Source: Azolla caroliniana
Lineage: Eukaryota; Plantae; Polypodiophyta
NCBI GenBank assembly: GCA_043228905.1
Contig: JBHGNT010001277.1
Coordinates: 1-10,399, forward strand
Direction: 5' to 3'
DNA: 10,399 nucleotides
A model generated the notes under the pieces. That model searched no databases. It was not told where the DNA came from and saw only the letters and a list, made by a program, of their open reading frames with translations. This document shows, in pieces, positions 1 through 8,436 of this stretch. The position numbers were made by a program, and so were the translations under genes. Every line of letters starts with the position of its first letter. Positions within the stretch are counted from its first letter, which is position 1.

Positions 1-146
1 CGAAAAATCTAAACCACTAAACTCATTGTCGACTAAGTGTTCCAATTCGATTCCTTCCGAGTCATTGTACTCATGCATTTTGGCCTTCCCTTTGTCCATC
101 TTCAGACTCGGTTGCGACGTGCTTTGGTCACTCGAGGGCTCCTTTG

Positions 147-850
147 GTCCACTAAACCTGGTTGAGTCTGGAATCTCTTCGAATGTGAGCCTTAGTCGGT
201 TGTCCTCCTCCGAGTCTATATCAAAATTGGTTTTGATTGGATGATCGGATGGAGCCGAGTCGACCGAATACCAAGATGTCGATTCATCGAATACGACATC
301 CGTACTCACTCATATCTTTTTGGTGGATGGGTTGAAGCACTTGTACCCTTTCTGTTCGAGCAAGTACCCCACGAGGATACACTTATCCAATTTTGGGTCA
401 AGATTTTGCGGCTTTCCATCGGGAATGTGTACGAATGTGATCAAGCCGAATATCCGAACATGGGACAAGTTCGGCTTCTTTCCGTAGAACTTTTCGATTT
501 CGTCCACTAAACCTAGTTGAGATTGGAATCTCTTCGGATGTGAGCCTTAGTCGGTTGTCCTCCTCCGAGTCTATATCGAAATTGGTTTCGATTGGATGAT
601 CGAATGGAGCCGAGTCGACCGAATACCAGGATGTCAATTTGTCGAATACGACATCCTTACTCACTCGTATATTTTTGGTGGATGGGTTGAAGCACTTGTA
701 CCCTTTCTGTTCGAGCAAGTACCCCATGAGGATACACATCTCCAATTTCGGATCAAGCTTTTGTTGCTTTCCATTGGGAATGTGTATGAATGTGATCAAG
801 CCAAATATCCGAACGTGGGACAAGTTCAACTTCTTTCCATAGAACTTTTC
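147..850. repeat. 349-bp tandem duplication within the copia element (147-495 and 502-850, 6-nt filler GATTTC)
   Basis: Both copies run GTCCACTAAACC...TAGAACTTTTC, colinear without indels, about 29 mismatches (about 8%). Confidence 0.95.
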
Positions 851-906
851 ATGGGGGGTGAGATCCTGCACTCTGAATGTTGTGCACTGGTTCATTAGGT
901 AGACAA

Positions 907-910
907 CCGT
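907..910. repeat. Target-site duplication, left copy (CCGT)
   Basis: CCGT immediately precedes the LTR TG at 911 and follows the LTR CA at 8436. Removing the element plus one copy restores the copia integrase frame WAEVANTVVYLMN. Confidence 0.9.
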
Positions 911-1182
911 TGTCATGAAGATCCGTCACTACGCGCGGATCGTGAGGCGGAACCACCGGGGTTCTGGACCAGAAGGATTTAGAGTCGATACAAGCTTTGG
1001 CGAGAAAGTACTTAAGATAGATTGGGAAAGAGAGAAGTTGAGATTAAACGATTGAGAAAGATCGATTGAACTTTTTTTATCTTTGGATTTAAGAAACAAG
1101 TTACACCATCAATTTGATAACGAATTCCTTCTTCTTAATTTCATAATAAAAAAAACCGTGTTTTTTCTCCTCCCCCTTTCCT

Positions 1183-1190
1183 CTTTTATA
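1183..1190 (-). promoter_or_regulatory. Putative TATA box of the LTR promoter (3' LTR copy)
   Basis: Minus strand TATAAAAG about 275 nt from the U5 end of the LTR, in the sense of the element's ORFs. Confidence 0.55.
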
Positions 1191-1363
1191 GATGCTCTCA
1201 TGCATATGATGCATGTGAGGGTACAAGACATGCATAAATTGTATGTTTGCCATTTGGCGCTTAAGTATTACATGTGGTGTATGATAACCATGTCACTCAT
1301 TTTAGCTCTCATGTATGAGAATTTACATGTAAAAGTACAATGATAGAAATATAATTTCAACTA

Positions 1364-1436
1364 AATAGCATGGCTTAATGGTAAGCCAATTGACTCCTAA
1401 CTTGGAGGTGCAAGGTTTGAATCCTTACTTGCCCTC
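1364..1436 (+). other. tRNA-derived (SINE-head-like) sequence with Pol III A and B boxes inside LTR U3; not an intact tRNA
   Basis: A box TGGCTTAATGG (1371-1381), D stem GCTT/AAGC, loop-like CTCCTAA (1394-1400), B box GGTTTGAATCC (1414-1424, one C>T from GGTTCGAATCC), T stem AAGG/CCTT, 32-nt box spacing. Acceptor and anticodon stems do not pair. Confidence 0.65.
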
Positions 1437-1890
1437 CTTGTATATGTAAATATGTATATATATTTATTTATCTAGTCGCTGGATACCGGCTCCATCGCCG
1501 GTCCGGTTTTGGTTGGCCAAAACCCTTTACGAGTAGCTAGCCCACCTCCACTCTTAGTTCTAGTTACCTTGAACTCTCTATGCTCCACACATAGACACAA
1601 AGATAATATTTTTTGCTCCACCTTATATATGATGAGAGCTGTATTTGTCGTGCCTATGTGGGATATCTCACAATTTTCTCTTTTCCTTTCACAAACTTTA
1701 TACCCTCATATCTTGACATTTAGTTGTCCGTTTCTCGTGTAATAAAGTGCATTCAAAACCTCCATCATTTTGTACTTAGATATTAAATCTATTTAAAATG
1801 TTATCTTCACAATTATTGTACTATGTGATTCATACTCGATTTCGTACGTTTTATGGGATTTTCACACTATTGCCGAAAATCTTCACGACA

Positions 1891-1903
1891 TCCCACCCCC
1901 ACC
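1891..1903 (-). other. Polypurine tract
   Basis: Minus strand GGTGGGGGTGGGA directly upstream of the TG of the 3' LTR. Confidence 0.88.
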
Positions 1904-1963
1904 AAACCGCACGTCCTCCGGTACGTGCCAAGAAGAGAAGAAGTGAGATTTCGGCTACGATGA

Positions 1964-4900
1964 TCAATTAGATTCCTCCATGTCTTCATTTTCATCCGGT
2001 CTATTATGTTCATCGTCGAGGTAATCGAGGTCAGGATCCTTGTCTTGTCTTTTCTTGAAAAGCTTTACTCTTTTTCCCGCAATGGGTACGGCCAACCTTG
2101 ATCCATCTAGTTCCGCAAGGTAGTATGTGGCATTATCGTTGGCACTTGTCACCACATACGGCCCGAACCATCTTCTTGCGAACTTCCTTGTTGTACTGTG
2201 TTGATTGTCAAGGGTGCTGTCGTAAACCAAAACCCAATCCCCTTCTTCAATCTTCTTGGGACGAAGTCGATGCGTGTTGTCGAACCGAACTTTGTTCTTT
2301 ACTCGGGCTGCCTTCATCATCTTTCGCGCTTTTTCTAAATCTTCAGGTCTTCTTTCAAGTTGCCTTATCCGCGCCGCTAATAACTCTTCTCGGCTCATCT
2401 CGTTCTCCCACAGTATCGCTACCCATGAGGCGATCGTCCTTTCGATGGGCATAATCGACTTTTGTCCATACATAAGCTCCGTCGGCATATACCCTGTCAC
2501 CGAGCTATGTGTCGTTCTATCGGCCCACAAGGCATAGGGTAATAGTCGTGGCCAATTCCCGACTCGACCGTTGCATGCCCGTACGATGGCTTTAACGATA
2601 GGTCCATGCCCTCGCTCGATCTTCCCATTTACTTCCAGATTGTAGGCAGTCGTGAGGGAGAGCTTCACGCCTAGTCTTTCGAAGAGCTCCGTCGCTTCGT
2701 GCGCGTCCAACTCCCCTCGGTCGGCCACTATCTTCCCTACACATCCAAATCAGCAAACAACATCTTCAAGTAGAAATTTGCAAACGGCTGAAGTCATCTT
2801 ATTTGTCAAGGCTCGTCCTTCCACTTGATTTGTCAAGTCTTCCCTTGCCAGCGGTAAGTACTTCATTTGTCCCACTCCCATTGGCATCGAGACCAGATCC
2901 ACCATCCATTTGAAGTGTATGGTGAGTGGGTATGTCGGCTTTAACTCATCACGATGACGTATATTTGAATATACTTGGCAAGTTTCGCATGTGGACACGA
3001 AATGGAGTACATCTTTGTACATGCTTGGCCACCAGTACTTCTCCTTCAACTTTTCGAACGTCGCCCATGTTCCTCTATGAACTGCCCAAGCACTCTTGTG
3101 GAATTCGGTCATCAGCGTCTCTTGCTCTTCTTTCTTTACCACCACTCGACGTGGTATTCCTATCCTTCTTTTTGGATGTCGCCAAAGGAATCCTCCCTTC
3201 AAGAAGTATCGGTAAGCTTTCTTTCGGATTCGTAGGGCCTCCTCCTTTGTCAACGAAGCATCTGCCGTCAATGTTCTTAGGAATCTACCGATGAGTAATC
3301 ACTCTCCTTCGTACTCGTTCTCGTTGAAGGTGTGGAGGGTTTGCGTGTCCTGGTCTTCCGCCGACAATCGAGCCATCTTGAAAAAGTCGAGGGCGACATC
3401 TTCATCTTCCGAAACCATGTTACTTTCATTTGAAAATATTGCCCTTGACAGCATGTCAGCCATGGCATTCTTCTTCCCTGCAATGTGACGGATCTCTGGG
3501 TTTAAAGACTTGATGTAGGCGATCCACCTTAGCATAGCAAGATCTGGGGTCGCACATCCCGAGACCATTCCGAGAATTGGGAGACAATCTGTCTCTATTA
3601 TCACTTCTGACCCGATCAGGTAATCTTTGTCCGTCTTCACTGCCGACACAATACCCCAAAGTTCCCGCTTGACTTGGGCATATCTTTGTTGCCGTTTGCT
3701 GAGAACCTTTGCTCCGAACCGGATGGCATATCGCGCATTATCTTCACCTTCTTGATTGATGACCCACCCGATTCCGGTTGGGCTCGTATCTACGGTCACG
3801 TAAATTGGTTTCCCTTCGGCATAGTCGGCCTTCCTTAGTGCCGGAGCTTCAAGAAACAGTTTCTTTAATCTTCACATCGCCTCTGTGTGCTCGTCTCGCC
3901 ATTTGAACTTTATTCTTTTCTTTAGTAGTCCATATAACGGTTCGGCAACATGAGCGTAGTGAGGAATCCATATATGATAAAACGCGCACGCTCCAAGGAA
4001 CCTTCGAACCTCTATTTGGTTTTCGCATTCTTCTTTCATGTCTTGGATTGCGTTCACTTTGGATGGCAAGGGCTTCCGACCGTATGCTCCACACAAGTGA
4101 CCTACCACCAAGATCTCCGGTTGTCCGAATGCGGATTTTTCTCCCGAAAATGTCAAATTCGCATCTTCGAGCCTTTGAAGCACCTTCTCGCAATCTTTCA
4201 TATGATCCGCAACGAACTTTCTACAACCTTCCTTATCTTTCGATTCATCTTTCTCCTCATCCGAACATCCTTTTATCGGAATATCATCCAAGAATGGCAT
4301 TGTGATGTCCGGAATGCAATCCTTCAATACTTTATTCATGGCATTCACCATATGAGCCACCGAGTTCATTGCGCCTTGGGGTAAGGTACACATCCGCACA
4401 AGCCTGATCGGAGTCCTCATGGTTGTAATGTCCCGACTGTCGATCGCCAATTGGAATTGGTCATATCCAGAGTAGAGATCGCCAATGGAGTAGATGGACC
4501 GGCCCGCAAACGCTTCGGCAAATTCGTCCACACTCAGACCGATTCCGACATTTTGAATTGTCACCTTGTTGACGGGTTGAAGATCTTGGATCAATTGCAA
4601 TGATCCATTCTTCTTCGGCACCGTGAACCACCTATTGGAATAAGGAGCATTCGACGGTTCTAGAATTCCCATACTCACCTTCTCCTTTAAGAGCTCGATC
4701 AGCTTCGGAAGGTGTGCTCTCGGAACCGGTATCGGTTTCAAATTCCAAGGCACATGAGGCACCGTGAAGATCACCATCGGCTCTATAACCTTTGGGTCGG
4801 CGCATCCGATTTCTTGTGGGAAGAATGCGAAAGCCTTCCCATGTCTCTCAAGCATATCGCGAAACATTCGCTCCTCTTCAGGGAGAAGGAAATCCTCCTT

Positions 4901-5458
4901 TCCAACTCGTGGCTTCCCCTTCGTCTCTTTGGTGAAGACATGACCTATCTTCTTCAGATCTCTTAAGCTTGGATCATTAGTGACTTCCTTCATCTTTTGC
5001 CAGCTATCTTCCGGTAGCGGAACCGCAACTGACTTGATCTTCTTATCCACCGTTTTATATTTCATGTTGATGTCAGCTTCCTTCATCGAGATGCCACGAC
5101 GGTATTCATCGATGATAGTGTACATGTTGACGGAGTTAACCGAAATCACGCGTTGGTTGTGAAGATAGCTCAAGTCCACGACGTCCTCGATTTCGCCGAT
5201 GGTGTCGTTAAATGAGGCTTCTTCCATAATATGAGTCACAAACTCTCCTTCTTCTATTATGTTCTCTTCTTTCAACATCTTCTCGAATTCTTGTATCCGG
5301 CGCTTGTGCTTCTTGTCGGGTAGTACTAGTTTACATGCGCCACTACGTGTGACACATGTTGCTTCTCCTTGCAATCCACGCACTCTTCTTTCTTGTGGGG
5401 TCTTGTGATTGCTCGGACTATTTGTGCCCCATGCTTCAATAGTCCGCTCTAAAAATCC
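1964..5458 (-). pseudogene. pol: Gypsy ORF2 (pol): reverse transcriptase, RNase H, integrase in one frame with three premature TGA codons
   Basis: ORFs 3872..5383, 3299..3799, 2750..3271 and 1964..2728 are co-frame, broken by TGA at 3872-3874, 3299-3301 and 2750-2752. RT motifs: DLYSGYDQF, LPQG, PFLDD (4283-4294). RNase H: TVDTS, KRELWG, ETDC, NAMADMLSR. Integrase: H-H-CETC, D-D-E (VDLV, ADRG, IERGH), WFGPY. The frame is open upstream to the slippery site at 5458. Confidence 0.95.
5396..5458 (-). other. Candidate programmed -1 ribosomal frameshift signal (slippery heptamer + stem-loop/pseudoknot)
   Basis: G GAT TTT TAG ends ORF1 and the -1 frame GGA TTT TTA GAG runs open into pol. A 5-nt spacer precedes a perfect 9-bp stem (CGGACTATT/AATAGTCCG), and loop TGGGG can pair with downstream CCCCA. 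Confidence 0.8.
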
Positions 5459-7647
5459 GAGGATTCGCCTCCGAGACTATCTCGATTCCTTTCATGATTG
5501 GCTCGCACCGTTAGGAATTGGACTGATCTTTGGTTGTCAAGACTCTTTATTCGTGCGAAGGCTGCTCCATTATCGAACACTTTGGTCTCCATCCGAGATG
5601 ATGTGATATAAGGTTGCCCTAGGATGACAAGATGCGACGCCGATTCTTGTACGAAGAAGTGTTGATCCATCTCCACATCCCCGATCGTGACTTTGACATT
5701 GGGACAAGCTCCATACAAATCCTCCGTAGACTTTGTTGCCGCGCGAATCTTCCATCCGTGGTTTGTATTGATTGGCCATCTTCCTTTTTTGTAGAAGTCG
5801 GCTGACATGAGGTTGATCTCCGAGCCGTGGTCGATCAAGGCTACCACGATCTCTTTCTTCTCCCCGATCTTCACCGGCGTCTCCGTTGTCGCTCGTGCCC
5901 AATGAGGTCGAGTGTAGTGGCTGTCCACCATATCTTCATCGATTTCGTCTCTTGCCATCGTTATGGCATTCGTTTTTGCTTTTTGCGGCTTCTCTTCTTC
6001 CTCGTCCGATTGTTGTCTCTTTCTCTTTACAAGGTCCACGATCGTGTCATGGAACTCCTTCTTGGTAATGCCAAGCAATTCCCTCAAGGACAAAGTTACG
6101 TGGCTATCAAGAACTCGTTCTTCGAGAATCTTCTTTAGGTCCATCGTCTGCTCTATGTCGGACCTTAGCTTATAGGTAGGTATAGTCCTTGTCCTTCGAG
6201 CGGGGTCTTCGACACCAACCTTCACGGGCCAAACCGTTTCTTCAACTTATATGCTTGGCTCCCCTTTTCGGCTTGATTCTCATTCCTCCGTTTGTAAAGG
6301 TCGACTCGTCTCCGTATCGTCCTTCTTTTTCGCGTTCCTTGTTTCATGTCTTTTTGATGGGCCTTGCTCTTCTATTCTCTTTCTCTTTTCTTCGACGAAC
6401 ACCTCGTGGTTGTCGCACATCACCTCTGCGAGTATGGTGTTGTCGTCCACCGGATCCGACCACCCGGTTATGCTTTGCACGTTTCGGTCCGCAAGCTCTA
6501 CCTCGTTCGATGTGACTTTTCCCTTCTTCTCATATTCGAGAACGGAAGTCCAAAACTTTGCTCCCGCTCTAGCAGCTTCAGTCTTGTCTTTCCCGACTCT
6601 TATTCCGGCCAACGCAGCATAGTGCATCGCATCCACATGAGTCGCATCGGCATCCTCCATAGATTTCTTCATTCCTCCTCTTCCGAAATTCACCCGTAGG
6701 GGTCTTCTAGTCTCGCTTGAGTAGATCATGTTGTCCTCTATGTATACGATATTTTGTCGAATCGCCTCTCGAAGGCTCGCACAATCCCTTCTCTTGTGGT
6801 CCATGCTATCACACCACACGCATATAAAGGGTTCTTTTCCTTTAGGGCCCCGACGATTCATGTTGGCTAGTGTGACCTTCTCGAACTTCTTCGCTAGCTC
6901 TTCAATGATGTCGTCATCAATCTTGTTTTCTTCCACGTTACTTTTTCTCAGCGGCTCATCTACTTTCGGCGGTCTTGCTTTCTCCGTGGTAGTCGGTCCC
7001 GTCAAGTCGGTGTCATCAACCCATTGGCGACGCTTGTCGAGCCTATTGCATGCCCGCTTCACCGCGATCCAGTCCACTACGAGCCCATCTGCTTGGGTAT
7101 CATCTTCGAGAAGAGTACCCAACTCCCGTCTATCCTTTATGTCCACGGCCTTCAAGAAGTACAAAGTCTTGTCCTCTTCAAGCAACACTTGGTCTGTATT
7201 GGGGAGACGACTAAACATCTGGTCGAATTCGTCGTACACCCTCGAGACGCTCATCTTCTTATTCTTCTTCTCTATCCACTTCATCAGGGCATGTCGAGTC
7301 ATCCTCGTTGAGTCTTCAGTCACGAACTCTGCTAGTATCGTTTTCTCGAACTCGGACCATGTTGTCTTACCTTCTTGAAGCTCGATGACGCGTCTTTGGA
7401 TGTTGTTGGTGACAACTCTCTTGAAGCTTACAATTTGACGTGCCTCGGACACGTCCCTCTGATTCATCTCCCTTCTATATGCATCAAGGAACTTCGTAAC
7501 GTTCCTTCCATCGAATTGGCCCTCGAGCTCCACGACACGATCGACAGCCTTCTCCACGCTCGCGTCGTTGTCTCGAGATCTCATCATTTGCTCGACGATT
7601 AGCATCATCCTTTCGAGCTCTCCTGCTTGGTTGCTTGAGGACGCCAT
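5449..7647 (-). pseudogene. gag: Gypsy ORF1: gag (CCHC knuckle) + DUF4100-like region + aspartic protease, two in-frame stops
   Basis: ATG at 7647. ORFs 6280..7653 and 5449..6225 share one frame, separated by TGA (6280-6282) and TAA (6247-6249). Knuckle CVWCDSMDHKRRDC (CX2CX4HX4C, 6781-6822); protease motif ALIDHGSEIN (DHG at 5824-5832) and VILGQPY. The DUF4100 call is from recall of the YKLRSDIE...LLG motif, not a search. Confidence 0.88.
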
Positions 7648-7688
7648 CTCCAAGTATTAATCTCGACTTGATCCTTCCTACCGCCTCT

Positions 7689-7706
7689 TTCACGTCTGGT
7701 TCACCA
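7689..7706 (-). other. Primer-binding site, probably tRNA-Trp
   Basis: Minus strand TGGTGAACCAGACGTGAA. Its complement TTCACGTCTGGTTCACCA matches 17/18 the plant cytosolic tRNA-Trp 3' end as I recall it (TTCACGTCGGGTTCACCA). Lies 8 nt inside the 5' LTR end. Confidence 0.85.
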
Positions 7707-7714
7707 CTTAATTA

Positions 7715-8436
7715 TGTCATGAAGATCCGTCACTACGCGCGGATCGTGAGGCGGAACCACCGGGGTTCTGGACCGGAAAGATTTAGAGTCGATACAAGCT
7801 TTGGCGAGAAAGTACTTAAGATAGATTGGGAAAGAGAGAAGTTGAGATTAAACGATTAAGAAAGATCGATTGAACTTTTTTTATCTTTGGATTTAAGAAA
7901 CAAGTTACACCATCAATTTGATAACGAATTCCTTCTTCTTAATTTCATAATAAAAAAAACCGTGTTTTTTCTCCTCCCCCCTTCCTCTTTTATAGATGCT
8001 CTCATGCATATGATGCATGTGAGGGTACAAGACATGCATAAATTGTATGTTTGCCATTTGGCGCTTAAGTATTACATGTGGTGCATGATAACCATGTCAC
8101 TCATTTTAGCTCTCATACATGTAAATTCTCACACACATAGACACAAAGATAATATCTTTTGCTCCACCTTATATATGATGAGAGCTGTATTTGTCGTGCC
8201 TATGTGGGATATCTCACAATTTTCTCTTTTCCTTTCACAAACTTTATACCCTCATATCTTGACATTTAGTTGTCCGTTTCTCGTGTAATAAAGTGCATTC
8301 AAAACCTCCATCATTTTGTACTTAGATATTAAATCTATTTAAAATGTTATCTTCACAATTATTGTACTATGTGATTCATACTCGATTTCGTACGTTTTAT
8401 GGGATTTTCACACTATTGCCGAAAATCTTCACGACA
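7715..8436 (-). repeat. 5' LTR of the gypsy element (722 bp, internal deletion in U3)
   Basis: Same termini as 911-1890. Lacks the equivalent of 1313-1585, replaced by a 15-nt filler at 8117-8131 (net 258 bp shorter). Adjacent to the PBS. Confidence 0.97.
7987..7994 (-). promoter_or_regulatory. Putative TATA box of the LTR promoter (5' LTR copy)
   Basis: Same TATAAAAG, retained despite the upstream U3 deletion. Confidence 0.55.

Larger units (their letters stand above)
1..910 (-). mobile_element. Decayed Ty1/copia retrotransposon, downstream part: integrase C-terminus (SH3-like region) and INT-RT linker
   Basis: TVVYLMN...TPHEKFYGKK...HVRIFG...KLDPK...GY...KGYKCFNP...VSKDVVFD are typical copia motifs and continue in frame from 8441 across the TSD. 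RT is expected left of the window. Confidence 0.93.
911..1890 (-). repeat. 3' LTR of the gypsy element (980 bp, longer copy)
   Basis: Starts TGTCATGAAGAT and ends ATCTTCACGACA (11/12 terminal inverted repeat). 911-1312 and 1586-1890 match 7715-8116 and 8132-8436. Abuts the PPT. Confidence 0.97.
911..8436 (-). mobile_element. Full-length non-chromoviral Ty3/gypsy LTR retrotransposon (7526 bp), coding regions interrupted by nonsense codons
   Basis: Two direct-repeat LTRs (911-1890, 7715-8436) with TG...CA ends, flanking CCGT duplication, PBS and PPT. Domain order on the minus strand is gag-PR-RT-RNaseH-INT (gypsy order). No chromodomain follows the GPY motif. Confidence 0.97.

Noticed and set aside
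147-850. Assembly artefact or LTR pair
   Set aside because: The copies are about 8% diverged, encode copia integrase C-terminal motifs and lack TG...CA ends.
1364-1436. Functional tRNA-Arg(CCT) gene
   Set aside because: Acceptor and anticodon stems cannot pair and the T loop has TTT for TTC. Kept only as a tRNA-derived module.
1472-1540. Helitron terminus or HDV-like/hammerhead ribozyme
   Set aside because: Neither CTAG is followed by the T expected of an A|T Helitron target and no 5' end is evident. The hairpin loop does not match UCCNCGY and no hammerhead core is visible.
1313-1585. Independent TE insertion into the 3' LTR
   Set aside because: No TSD or terminal repeats, and the shorter LTR contains filler copied from this segment, which indicates deletion from the 5' LTR.
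1964-2050. Chromodomain or env-like ORF after integrase
   Set aside because: Integrase ends in a short acidic tail, with only 73 bp between the stop and the LTR.
6247-6282. Programmed readthrough between gag and protease
   Set aside because: Two different stops 11 codons apart, both explainable as C>T decay. A family alignment would be needed to exclude it fully.
6728-7378. 216-aa plus-strand ORF
   Set aside because: Ser/Phe-rich antisense shadow of the Glu/Lys-rich gag frame with no motif. The same applies to the other plus-strand ORFs in 2098-7602 and 8854-10007.
7887-8288. 133-aa ORF in the 5' LTR (and 1083..1343, 1509..1742 in the 3' LTR)
   Set aside because: TTG start, no recognisable domain. 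The long version arises only because the deletion fuses two short LTR frames.
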